From Planctomycetota bacterium (GTDB lineage Bacteria; Planctomycetota; UBA1135; UBA2386): DNA of 64,000 nt. Position numbers and translations under genes: made by a program. Location: contig OZ245838.1 of NCBI GenBank assembly GCA_965228735.1, forward strand, positions 1-64,000, written 5' to 3'. How positions within the stretch are numbered: position 1 is the first letter of the stretch; every line of letters begins with the position of its first letter. The notes below the pieces were generated by a model. The model worked only from the letters and a program-made list of their open reading frames with translations. It did no database searches and was not told where the DNA came from. Below are positions 49,369 to 58,778 of the stretch, one piece after another.

Positions 49369-51120
49369 ATGCGACGACTCCCGCTCCTGCTGTTCGCCCT
49401 GCTGCTGATCGCGGCGTTGGCGTTCGGCGTGAGCGCGATGTTCGGCACCGGCGCGCGCGAAGCGGCGCCGAGCGGCGCGGCGGCGCAGGGTGGCGGCGAC
49501 GGCGACGAAATCCCGAAGACGCCGTCGCCGCATCCGCAGGGCCACGTCTATGCGGGGGTGACGGAGGAGCCCGGCGACGTCAACCCGTTCACCGCGCACT
49601 CCACCGTCGCCCAGTTCATGGTCCTCGCGTACACGCACGAGGGGTTGGTCGATACGGATCCGCGGACCGGCCAGTTGCGCGGCGCCCTCGCGTCGGCGTG
49701 GCAGGCTGCGCCGGACGGCATGTCGTGCACGTTCACGCTGCGCTCCGGCGTGCGCTTCAGCGACGGCAGCCCCGTCACGATGGCCGACGTCTTGTTCGGC
49801 TGGGAGCTCGCGCAGGGCGGCGGCTTCGAGATGGGTTTCGTCCACGACGCGTTCTCGCGCGTGGCGAACGCGGCGGTCGTGGGCGAACGCCAGCTGCGCG
49901 TCCGGTTCCGCGAGTGCCACTACGCCTCGGTGCGCGCGGTCGGCGAGTCCTGGCTCGTCGGCCAGCGATCGTTCTTCGTCGATCGGGTGCGGGCGCTCGC
50001 GACGCAGCTCGGCCAACCCGTGCCGACGCCCGGCACGGTGGAGTTCGGGGTGTTGCTCGCCCAGCTCGATCGCGTGACCGGTCCGGGCACGGGGCCGATG
50101 CAGCTGCCGAGCGATCCGGATCCGGCGATCGACGACTCCCCCGGTTGGCGCCAGCGGCAGGATCTGACTCTGAGCGTCAACCCGTTCCATTGGCGCCGCC
50201 TCGCCGAGCCGGGCTGCTGGAACCTTGCCGGCGTGCGGTTGCTGTTCCGGCAAGGGGCCGCGGTGCCCAACGCGTTGTTCGAGGGTGAAGTCGACTGGCT
50301 CGGGGCCTGGACCGCCGATCAGTTCCTCGCGACCAACGCCGAGCTCGCGGAGCGCTACCGCTACCTCGTCTACGACTACGAGTCGCTCGGTGTGATCGGG
50401 ATCGCGTGGAACTGCGATCAGCCGGCGCTCGCGGATCCGCGGGTGCGGCGGGCGCTGACGATGCTCATCGATCGCGGGGCGATCGTGGAGCGGTTCGGGT
50501 CAGCGGTCGTTCCGGCAGTGGCGTTCCAGAAGCCGGACAACCCGGGCTATCCCGACCTGCAGCCGATCGCGTACGACCCAGGCGCGGCGCGGCGGCTGCT
50601 GCGCGAGGCCGGTTTCGATCCCGCGGCGGGCAAGCCGCTGAAGTTGTCGCTGCTCGCGCCACGCGACGGCGGGCCGATGGATCTCGCGGTGAACAACCTG
50701 CAGGACGAGGCGCGCCAGGCCGGCATCGAGCTGACGGTCGAGACCCTGGCCTCGTTCGCCGCCTACGTGGCGCGCAAGAACGAGCGCCAATGGGGCGGGC
50801 TCGTCGTCAACCGGCGGTTTCGCCCGTGGGACGACCCGTTCGATTTCGTCCACGAGAACGGCATCGACAACGACGGCCATTGGCAGAGCGCCGAGGCCAG
50901 TCGGCTGGCCGCCGCAGCGCGACAGGCCCTCGATCCGGATCAGCGTGCGCGACTGTGGCGTCAGCTGCACGAGCTCGTGTACGGCCAGCAGCCGTTCACG
51001 TTCCTCGTGCATCCGCGCGCCTGCATCCTCTTCAACAAGCACGTGCAGCAGGCCGACATCGGCCCGCGCGGGCTGTGGCCCGAGCGCTGGTGGGTGCCGG
51101 CGGAGCATCAGCGCAAGTAG
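49369..51120 (+). CDS. ABC transporter substrate-binding protein family 5 (orphan)
   Basis: FTLRSGVRFSDGSPVTMADV, PGTGP, LADPRVRRAL and YDPGAARRLLREAG motifs. Confidence 0.88.
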   Translation: MRRLPLLLFALLLIAALAFGVSAMFGTGAREAAPSGAAAQGGGDGDEIPKTPSPHPQGHVYAGVTEEPGDVNPFTAHSTVAQFMVLAYTHEGLVDTDPRTGQLRGALASAWQAAPDGMSCTFTLRSGVRFSDGSPVTMADVLFGWELAQGGGFEMGFVHDAFSRVANAAVVGERQLRVRFRECHYASVRAVGESWLVGQRSFFVDRVRALATQLGQPVPTPGTVEFGVLLAQLDRVTGPGTGPMQLPSDPDPAIDDSPGWRQRQDLTLSVNPFHWRRLAEPGCWNLAGVRLLFRQGAAVPNALFEGEVDWLGAWTADQFLATNAELAERYRYLVYDYESLGVIGIAWNCDQPALADPRVRRALTMLIDRGAIVERFGSAVVPAVAFQKPDNPGYPDLQPIAYDPGAARRLLREAGFDPAAGKPLKLSLLAPRDGGPMDLAVNNLQDEARQAGIELTVETLASFAAYVARKNERQWGGLVVNRRFRPWDDPFDFVHENGIDNDGHWQSAEASRLAAAARQALDPDQRARLWRQLHELVYGQQPFTFLVHPRACILFNKHVQQADIGPRGLWPERWWVPAEHQRK

Positions 51121-51159
51121 ACGCTGGCGTCACACCAGCACCGGCTGCGCGATGACGCG

Positions 51160-52182
51160 TCAGTCCGTCGCGTCCCACCCGTGGCGCAACGACGCGAGCG
51201 GCGGCCGCGCGGGGCCGTCCCACGCGAGCCACTCCTCGAGCGCTGCGCGGGCCGTCGGCCATTGCGAGTCGAGCATCGCGAACCATGCCGTGTCGCGGTT
51301 CTTCTGCTTCACGATCAGGTGGGCGCGGAACAGCCCTTCGAACGCGAACCCGAGCCGCTCCGCTGCGCGCCGTGACGCCTGGTTGCGGGCATCGCACTTC
51401 CATTCCACGCGCCGATAGCCGCGGTCGAACGCGGCCTCGAGCAGCAGATAGGCGACCTCCGTGTTGATCGTGGTCCGGTGCGCCTCGAGTCCGTACCAGA
51501 TGTGACCGATCTCGACGCGCCGGTGGGCGGGGGCGATCGCGAGGAACGACGCCATGCCGACCGGGTCACCGCCGGGGCGGCGCCGCACGGTGAAGAACAG
51601 CGGATCGTCCGCCGCCGCGCACTCGGCGAGCCAGGTCGTCATTGCGGCCTCGTCGACGAACGGGCCGTAGCCCATGAACTCCCAGATCGCCTCCCGTTCC
51701 TTGCTGCCGTGCGCGATCGCGAACAGTCGCTCGGCGTCGCGGGCGGGATCGACGCGGTCGAGGCGAACGCCGCGGCCGACGATTCGCTGCCGATCGAGCG
51801 GGCGGGCGCGGCCGGTCGGCGCGGGTTCCGCGGCAGTGTGTTCGGCCAGCTGCTGCAGGCGGGTCAGGGAAGCCGTGACGCCGCGCACGTGCTGCCGGAT
51901 CCAGCGGTCGGCGACCTGTTGGATCGGCGTCGGGTTGAGGTGGTTGTGGCGCGTTCGACCCTGACGGCGAACGAGGATCAGGTTGGCGTCCTGCAACACG
52001 TCGAGGTGCTTCATCACGCCGGTGCGCCCGATGCCGCCCGCCGTTCCGGAGCCCTGCTGTGAGGCCATGGCGAAGTGCTCGCACAGTTCGCCCGTCGTGC
52101 GCGGGCCGGCCGCGAGCACGTCGAGGATCGCGCGCCGCGTCGGGTCCGCGAGCGCCTTCCAGACCGAGTCGCGGCTCGGCAT
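51160..52182 (-). CDS. ArsR/SmtB HTH fused to a RimJ/RimL-like GNAT acetyltransferase
   Basis: WKALADPTRRAILDVL...VMKHLDVL, then VEIGHIWY, GYRRVEWKCDARNQASRRAAERLGFAFEG and NRDTAWF. Confidence 0.88.
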   Translation of the reverse strand: MPSRDSVWKALADPTRRAILDVLAAGPRTTGELCEHFAMASQQGSGTAGGIGRTGVMKHLDVLQDANLILVRRQGRTRHNHLNPTPIQQVADRWIRQHVRGVTASLTRLQQLAEHTAAEPAPTGRARPLDRQRIVGRGVRLDRVDPARDAERLFAIAHGSKEREAIWEFMGYGPFVDEAAMTTWLAECAAADDPLFFTVRRRPGGDPVGMASFLAIAPAHRRVEIGHIWYGLEAHRTTINTEVAYLLLEAAFDRGYRRVEWKCDARNQASRRAAERLGFAFEGLFRAHLIVKQKNRDTAWFAMLDSQWPTARAALEEWLAWDGPARPPLASLRHGWDATD

Positions 52183-52679
52183 CAGCGCGGTGCGTTCTGT
52201 TCGGCGACGGCCTTGAGACCGGTCGAGAACAGCTGCTGCCAGCCCGAACGCATCTCGGCGACCATGCCTTCGGTGAGGTGCCCGTGCAGCGCGTTCGTGA
52301 CGCGCAGCAGGGTGCCGCTGCCCTGTCCGCCGGGGCCGGTCCCGTGATCCTCGAGCTGGAGCAGGAGCGTCGTCTGGCAGGGGCCGCCGAACGGCGGCGC
52401 GACCGTGCCCGCGAGGTTGAGCGACTGCTGGGGCTCGATCGCGAGGACCGTGAACCACAGCAGGCTGCCGCCAGTGGGCGTCTCCTCGACGAGCGCGCCG
52501 CCGGCGCGGCGATCGAGCACGACGCGCGAGTCGGCGCCGAGGCAGCGGTAGTCGCCGATCCACCAGTCGTCCGGGCGGTCGCAGACGAGCTCCCAGACGA
52601 GGTTGCGGGGGGCCTGGATCGGGATCTCGAGCTCGAACTTCGTGGTCGAGGTCGGAGTGAGCGGGGCGTTCTCGGTCAT
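52182..52679 (-). CDS. SRPBCC/AHA1-like domain protein
   Basis: FELEIPIQAPRNLVWE...GTLLRVTN...SGWQQL; TGATG coupling to ArsR-GNAT. Confidence 0.85.
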   Translation of the reverse strand: MTENAPLTPTSTTKFELEIPIQAPRNLVWELVCDRPDDWWIGDYRCLGADSRVVLDRRAGGALVEETPTGGSLLWFTVLAIEPQQSLNLAGTVAPPFGGPCQTTLLLQLEDHGTGPGGQGSGTLLRVTNALHGHLTEGMVAEMRSGWQQLFSTGLKAVAEQNAPR

Positions 52680-52711
52680 GGCGGTGGTCGTGGCTGTGGT
52701 TCCTCGGGTTG

Positions 52712-52746
52712 CACCAGATGTCACCATCTGGTGACATGACAGTCAA
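52712..52746 (-). promoter_or_regulatory. Promoter with overlapping palindromic operator (probable ArsR autoregulation)
   Basis: Minus strand TTGACT-17 nt-TGACAT; palindromes ATGTCACCA-TC-TGGTGACAT (52718-52737) and CACCAGATG-TCAC-CATCTGGTG (52712-52733). Confidence 0.7.
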
Positions 52747-52802
52747 CCCCCTTTGCGGGGCCGTCGCCGGAAGATTCGCGAGAACGTGCCGTCAGAGTCG
52801 TC

Positions 52803-53639
52803 ATGCCACGTCATCGTGCCCGTGCTCTCGCCGCGTTCGCCGCCGGAATCGCCGTCATCACGCCGGTTTCGGCCCAGGCCGACGGGACCAGTCCGGCCCG
52901 CCCGGCGCTGACCCTGCCGACGGGTGAGGTCCAGGTCGGGGCGCTCGTCGAGTTGGTCGCCAAGTACGCCAGCTGCAACATCCTCGTCGACCCGGCCGTG
53001 CTGCACGGCGCCCGCCCCTACGACTTCGAGCAGCCGATCGAGGTCCACGAGTCGTCGGCGCTCGAGACGTTGAGTTCGCTGCTCTACGTGCGGCAGTTCG
53101 CGCTGTTGCCGGTGGTCACGGAGAAGCGGGTCTACGAGGTGATCTCGCTCGTGGGGCCGCGGCACGGTGAGCTCGCTGCCGCTGCGATCGAACGGACCGT
53201 CGAGCAGGTTCTCGCGGCGCCGGAGAGCAAGCAGTTCGTGACGGTCGTCATCGAGCTGGAACACGTCAACGCGACCGTCATGACCAACTCGCTCCGGCCG
53301 CTGTTCGCGGCTACGCGCCCGCGCCCGGGTGTGACGGTAGCATCGGTCGGGGACCCGAAGCGGATGGTCATGACCGGGTTTCAGCACCACATCGCGAGCG
53401 CGATCAAGGTCGTGCAGCGCGTCGATCAACCGCGGGTCGACGAGGCGAACGCCGACTCGCGCGCCGCGGCGGACGCGCGGGAGCAGCAGCGCCAGAAGGA
53501 CGTCGCGTTCAAGCTGCTCACCGATCGCCTCGCGCGCCTCGAGAAGCGGCTCGCGCGCATCGAGAAGCTCATCGAGCCGATCGTCGGCAAGGCGGCCGAC
53601 GCGCCGGCGACCAAGGCCGGCAAGGCCCCGCAGAAGTAG
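52803..53639 (+). CDS. Secreted protein with GspD/secretin N0-N1 (NolW-like) domains only
   Basis: LVELVAKYASCNILVDP and VTVVIELEHVNATVMTNSLRPL motifs; C-terminal coiled coil; no secretin barrel. Confidence 0.7.
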   Translation: MPRHRARALAAFAAGIAVITPVSAQADGTSPARPALTLPTGEVQVGALVELVAKYASCNILVDPAVLHGARPYDFEQPIEVHESSALETLSSLLYVRQFALLPVVTEKRVYEVISLVGPRHGELAAAAIERTVEQVLAAPESKQFVTVVIELEHVNATVMTNSLRPLFAATRPRPGVTVASVGDPKRMVMTGFQHHIASAIKVVQRVDQPRVDEANADSRAAADAREQQRQKDVAFKLLTDRLARLEKRLARIEKLIEPIVGKAADAPATKAGKAPQK

Positions 53640-53667
53640 GCCGGGCAAGCGCCGGGCAGCCCTGGGC

Positions 53668-54717
53668 TCAGTCCTTGCGGGCGAGCGCCTCGCCCTGCCG
53701 GACGAACCGTTGCAGGTAGCTCGCGTGCACCGTGATCGTGCGGCGCCCGCGGTTCCACCCGGCGCCGCCGCTGCCCTGTTTGAAGTGCAACGTCACCTGC
53801 GAGTGCCAGTCGAACCGGCGCATGACGTCGCCGAGATGTTGCGCGACGTTGGCCGCGCGGATCTCGGTGCCGAACTCACCATCGAAGTCATCGACGCGTA
53901 TGCGCACCTCCTTGGATGGCTGCCCGGCCGGCATCCAGAGCGGCCGCAGGATCCGGCGCCAGGACCGGTGGATCTCGGCGCCGTAGTCGCACGCCCCGCG
54001 GATCTCGCGATCGAGCATGCCAACAGTGCGGGCAAGCGGCAGGTACTTCTCGCGATCGGCGGCGAGCGCGAGCGCGGCGAGCTGATAGGCCCGCCGCGCG
54101 TCGCTGTTGTGTTCGCCCTTGACGGTCCACTCGTGCCGCGGCCGCTCGCGGGCCTCGAACATCAGTGAGTCGATGCGGGCCTTCAGCACGGGCAGCGCGC
54201 GGTCCTCGGCGTGCGTCACGAGGTAGTGCGTCGCGAACGCGTCGGCGAGCGTCTCCTCGTTGCCGAGGATCGGCAGGTCGAACTCGCGCACGAGCGCGTG
54301 CCCGAGCTCGTGCAGCACGACGTGCTGCATCACGTGGCGCGCGAAGTCCGTCATCTTCAGGTCGATGTGCTCGCCGCCGCCCTCGTGCGTGCAGTTGACG
54401 TGGCGGAAGCGTTCGACCTCGGCCGCGAGGCGGTGCACCTCGATCCCGAACTCCGCGGCCGACTTCTCCAGCAGCTGCTGACTGGTTTCGCAGAGCGGCC
54501 GCGTGCGAGCGAGGAACGCGCGCACCTGCTCGTTCGGCCTGCCGAAGCCGCGCTCGAGCGCGTTCGAGATGATGTCGCGCATCTGTCCGATACGGGACAG
54601 ATCGACGTCGCACTGCGCCGCGGATGCGGCCTTCTCGGTCTGCGCGCAGGTTGGCGCGGTATGCAGGCTGGCTCCGAGAACGGTGGCGAGAACGGTCGCG
54701 GCAGAGCAGTTCGGCAT
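53668..54717 (-). CDS. DUF4344-like putative metallopeptidase
   Basis: LHELGHALVREFDLPILGNEETLADAFA motif. Confidence 0.85.
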   Translation of the reverse strand: MPNCSAATVLATVLGASLHTAPTCAQTEKAASAAQCDVDLSRIGQMRDIISNALERGFGRPNEQVRAFLARTRPLCETSQQLLEKSAAEFGIEVHRLAAEVERFRHVNCTHEGGGEHIDLKMTDFARHVMQHVVLHELGHALVREFDLPILGNEETLADAFATHYLVTHAEDRALPVLKARIDSLMFEARERPRHEWTVKGEHNSDARRAYQLAALALAADREKYLPLARTVGMLDREIRGACDYGAEIHRSWRRILRPLWMPAGQPSKEVRIRVDDFDGEFGTEIRAANVAQHLGDVMRRFDWHSQVTLHFKQGSGGAGWNRGRRTITVHASYLQRFVRQGEALARKD

Positions 54718-54785
54718 CCGAGTATCGTAGCGCGCCGTGCCATGCTCGGCTGATCGCGGGCGACGACATGACGTTGACCGTCGCC

Positions 54786-57700
54786 TCAGCGACGGGTCCA
54801 GAACTGCAGGGAGGTCGGCGCGTGGTAGCGATGGTTGTGGGTCACGAGCTCCCGGCCGTTCGACGAGAAGAAGACGTGACGGAGCGGTTGCTGCAGTGCC
54901 TCGAGAACGACGATCTCGCGGCGACTCCGGGTGTCGAGCACGTGCAGCGCGCGGCCGCGTCCGACGACCATGCGCTCGCCGTCTGGCGAGTACGCGATGT
55001 GACCGTGAACGGGCAGGCGCCAGAGTTCCGTCAACGTGGCGCTCGAGAGCGCGACGGTTTCGAAACGCTGGGGCAGCAAGATCGCGTCTCCGTCTGGCGT
55101 GGGGTAGAGCATCGAGGCTCCAGACCAGATTGGACCGACGGTTGTTTCGGCCAGGGTGACGCCCGATGCGGGATCGAGCCGGCGCAGGTGGCCGCCCTCG
55201 GCTGCGGCATAGAGCTGCCCGTGCGGACCGAACTCGAGAGCGCAGACCCGGTCCTCCAGCGGCTCGTGCCAGAGCACGTCGAGGGTCGCGCCATCGAGCG
55301 CGACCAGGCGCGGTTCGTAGGTGCTGACCACGATTCGGGAACCATCGGGGGACGCGGCGATCGACTGCGCCAGAGCCCCCTCGCACGGCACGTCCAGGTC
55401 GACCTCCCGACGCTCGATGTCGATTCGTCGCAAGTGACGGTCCATACCCGGGACCCAGACATGGTCGCCGCGCATTGCGACCCAGTGCGCCGGGGACGGC
55501 AGCTCGAGTTGGAGAATCGGCTTGCGGGAGTGCAGGTCGAGCACGCCGACCGTGCCATCGGTGGCGACCCACGCGATCCGGTCGGTGGTTGCGTCGTGGG
55601 CGACCTCCCGGCAGTCGTATCCGAGGGCGAACCGTTCGGGTAGTTGCCACGGCCGGCGGTCAAACAGATGCGCATTGCCGTCGATGCCGACCGTGACGAC
55701 CTCGGAGCCATCGGGCGACACGGCCAGACCGTGCACGCCGCCGCGACACGGGGCGTGGTAGCGGCAGAGCGCTTCGCCGGTTTCGAAGCTCCATGCGCCC
55801 GCCATCGGCGTCTCGAACCCGCCTGCGACCAGCAGCGACGTGCCGTCGTTCACGAACTCCTGGGCTGAGCCCGTCAGGTGATCCAGCGCGCGCAGTTGCC
55901 CGGTCTCGACATCCCAGAAGATGAGGCGTTCGAGCAGGTCGGCACTCACGAGGGTGTTCGTTCGCTCGTCATGCGCCATTTTCTCGTAGGCCGCCGGCGT
56001 CATGGTTGGCGGCAGTGCGAAGGTCGGGCCGATGGGGGTGCCGTCACGCCCAAGACGCAGCAGGCGGCCGTTCTCGGTGCCGACGAACACGCTGTCGCCC
56101 GTGTGGTCGAGCTGCAGCCCGGTGATGCGGAGGTCCGGTAGCTCGAGGTGGTGCGGCTCGCCTGCGTCGGTGGCAGGGTCGACCGAGCCCCAATAGAGCC
56201 CGCGATGGTCGAGGGAGAACGCGTAGCACCGGCCGTCGCCCGAAACGGTGAACGTGTGGTTCATCGTGCCCGAGAAGCGCATGAGTTCCCGGAGCTCCTC
56301 GTTCGTCCGTAGATCCATCACCACGAGTCGCCCAGGCTTGCCGTGCGCGATGAGTGCCAGGTTCCCCCCGAGGCCTGCGAAACCGGCGATCGGTGAGGCG
56401 CCGATTGCAGGTGAGTGCCGGGCTTCTTCAGTTGCGGGGTCCCACAGCCAGATGCCACCACGATGGGCGGCGACCGCGACCAGGCCACACTCGAGCCAGG
56501 CGGCGCCCTGCCAGAGGTCGTGCGCTTCGCGTAGTCGCACCGACTTCCGCGATAGATCCAGACTGCCGCGCAACAGGTCGTACTCCCAGCCGCGCAGCTT
56601 CTCGGGAGTGGCATCGAGGTTACGGTGCGCGACCTGGACATGGCCCTGAATGCGCGCCAGATTCGCGGCGGTCAACTGCGCGTTGTAGCTCTCCTGCCGG
56701 GCTGCCTCCTCGAGCTCGTTCGCGTCGTCTCGGGCGGCTGAGACCTCGATCAGGCCCCACGTCAGCGCGGCGCCGCCGCCGGCAATCGCCGTCACGATCA
56801 GAATGGTCGCGGCGACCACGAGCCGGTGCCGTTGCGCGAACTTTCGAAGCAGGTAGCCGGTCGACGGTCGGTGGACCTTGATCGGTAGGTGCTCGAGGAA
56901 ACGGTTGAGGTCGTCGGCGAGCGCTTCGGCCGACGAGTATCGTTGCTCGCGATCGCGGGCGAGCGCGTGCAGCCCGATCCGATCGAGGTCGCCACGAAGG
57001 CGCGCGGTGAGGCGCTGGGGTGTCGTCCTGAGTCGTTCGGCTGCCGCCCCGGCAGCATCTCCGAGATCGAGCAAGGTCTGACTCGAGGCGCGCGGTTCCT
57101 CGTCACGCACGCGGCGCAGGGCCTCGGTCAACGACGCCGATCGGAGCCGTTCCTTGCCGAGCGGCACGTCACCGGTGAGCAGCTCGTGGAGCATCAGCCC
57201 GAGGGCGTAGATGTCCGTGCGAACGTCGATCGTGGCACCCGCTGCCTGCTCGGGGCTGGTGTAGCCTGGTGTGCCGAGGAACCCACCTTCGACCGTCGCC
57301 GCAAGGCCGGGGTCGAGGTCCGGGTCCAGGGCCTTGGCGAGTCCGAAGTCGATGATCTTCGGCCGCGGATTCGTGGGTGGCCCGCTCACCAGGACGTTCC
57401 CGGGCTTGAGATCGCGGTGCACGATGCTGCGTTGGTGGGCATGCGTCATGGCCTCGCACAGGACCATGACGAGCCGAATGCGGGCCTCGAGATCGAGGCG
57501 ATGCTGGTCGCAGTATTCCGTGATCGGCACGCCCGACACGAGCTCCATGGCAAGGAACGGACGGTCGTCGGCCGTGACACCGGCGTCGTAGACCTGGGCG
57601 ATGGCCGGATGCAGCAGGGCACCGAGCGCGCGCCGTTCGCCCGCGAACCGAGCGCGCGCGCGGTCGTCGAGTCGGCTCGTGTGCAGGGCCTTGAGCGCGA

Positions 57701-58100
57701 CCTCGCGTTCGACGGGATACAGCTGCCGGGCGCGAAACACGGTCCCGAACCCGCCGCTGCCGAGCTCACTCAGCAGCTCATAGCCGACGACCGTCGGGCG
57801 TTCCGTTGGCTCGTCGATCTCGTCGCTGACGCTGCCGATCAGCTGGTCGGCCTGCTCCAGCCGGCCGAACAGGGCGCGGATGGGTTCGGCGAGCGTTGCG
57901 TGATCGGTCGCGATCTGCGCGATCGCATCCGCGCGGTCGCCACTCCGCATCGTGAACCAGATCTCGTAGCAGCGTTGCTCGACCGAGCTCGGGAGGTCGA
58001 GCTCGGCGGACTCGTGTTCGCCTGTGGGCATGGCAGGCGCCCGAGTGTAGCGCCTCCGAACGCGCTCGCCTGCGCGCCCCCCGATGTCCTGCTCGGTCAC
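54786..58100 (-). CDS. Ser/Thr protein kinase with TM helix and WD40/PQQ-like propellers
   Basis: LGSGGFGTV, VALK, HRDLKPGN, DFGLAK and GTPGYTSPEQ motifs. Confidence 0.95.
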   Translation of the reverse strand: MTEQDIGGRAGERVRRRYTRAPAMPTGEHESAELDLPSSVEQRCYEIWFTMRSGDRADAIAQIATDHATLAEPIRALFGRLEQADQLIGSVSDEIDEPTERPTVVGYELLSELGSGGFGTVFRARQLYPVEREVALKALHTSRLDDRARARFAGERRALGALLHPAIAQVYDAGVTADDRPFLAMELVSGVPITEYCDQHRLDLEARIRLVMVLCEAMTHAHQRSIVHRDLKPGNVLVSGPPTNPRPKIIDFGLAKALDPDLDPGLAATVEGGFLGTPGYTSPEQAAGATIDVRTDIYALGLMLHELLTGDVPLGKERLRSASLTEALRRVRDEEPRASSQTLLDLGDAAGAAAERLRTTPQRLTARLRGDLDRIGLHALARDREQRYSSAEALADDLNRFLEHLPIKVHRPSTGYLLRKFAQRHRLVVAATILIVTAIAGGGAALTWGLIEVSAARDDANELEEAARQESYNAQLTAANLARIQGHVQVAHRNLDATPEKLRGWEYDLLRGSLDLSRKSVRLREAHDLWQGAAWLECGLVAVAAHRGGIWLWDPATEEARHSPAIGASPIAGFAGLGGNLALIAHGKPGRLVVMDLRTNEELRELMRFSGTMNHTFTVSGDGRCYAFSLDHRGLYWGSVDPATDAGEPHHLELPDLRITGLQLDHTGDSVFVGTENGRLLRLGRDGTPIGPTFALPPTMTPAAYEKMAHDERTNTLVSADLLERLIFWDVETGQLRALDHLTGSAQEFVNDGTSLLVAGGFETPMAGAWSFETGEALCRYHAPCRGGVHGLAVSPDGSEVVTVGIDGNAHLFDRRPWQLPERFALGYDCREVAHDATTDRIAWVATDGTVGVLDLHSRKPILQLELPSPAHWVAMRGDHVWVPGMDRHLRRIDIERREVDLDVPCEGALAQSIAASPDGSRIVVSTYEPRLVALDGATLDVLWHEPLEDRVCALEFGPHGQLYAAAEGGHLRRLDPASGVTLAETTVGPIWSGASMLYPTPDGDAILLPQRFETVALSSATLTELWRLPVHGHIAYSPDGERMVVGRGRALHVLDTRSRREIVVLEALQQPLRHVFFSSNGRELVTHNHRYHAPTSLQFWTRR

Positions 58101-58693
58101 GGGGTCCTTCGTCGCCCGTCCGGTTCGCCGCGATCGCAGGCCGTCGCGAGGCGGCTCATCGCACGACCGAGCCGCATCCTGGCGGCGTCGGGCGACACTC
58201 CGAGTTCCGCTGCGAGCTCGGTGTGATCGAGCCCGGCGAACCGGTTGAGCAGGATCACCTCCTGCTCGTCGGAGCGCAGCTGACCGAACGCGTGGTTGAA
58301 GCGATCGAGCTCCTCGCGGCCGATTGCGTGACGGCTCGGCGACAACACGTAGGCCGCGGCTTCGGCATCGAATGAGGGTTGCTCACGTTTCGGGGTCCGA
58401 CACTCGCGGTGCCGATAGCGATGGCGCGCGCGGATCTTGTTGAGCGCACACGTAAAGAGCCAACGCAGGAACGCGCCGCGTCCGCGGTATTCGAATCCCT
58501 GTCGAATGTCCTCGATGAGCTCGCGCGAAACCGATTGCGCGAGGTCATCGATCGACTCGTGCGCGCGCAGCTCGGCGCCCATGTGCACACGCAGGTAGGC
58601 CCGCAGTCGCGGCATGCTCTCGACGACGAGGTTCTCCAGCCCGCTGGAATCGGGCGGTGGCGTTCCGGGTGCGTCGGGATTCGAGTCCTGCAT
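58097..58693 (-). CDS. ECF sigma factor (kinase-associated type)
   Basis: ESIDDLAQSV, FLRWLFTCALNKIR and ELGVSPDAARMRLGRA motifs; GTGA overlap with the kinase. Confidence 0.92.
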   Translation of the reverse strand: MQDSNPDAPGTPPPDSSGLENLVVESMPRLRAYLRVHMGAELRAHESIDDLAQSVSRELIEDIRQGFEYRGRGAFLRWLFTCALNKIRARHRYRHRECRTPKREQPSFDAEAAAYVLSPSRHAIGREELDRFNHAFGQLRSDEQEVILLNRFAGLDHTELAAELGVSPDAARMRLGRAMSRLATACDRGEPDGRRRTP

Positions 58694-58778
58694 CGTGGCG
58701 TCGGGGCCGGCCACGGTCCGTCGTGGCCGGGCACTCGATGGATCGTAGCGGTGCGGCGGCGCGGGCGAGCGATCCGGT

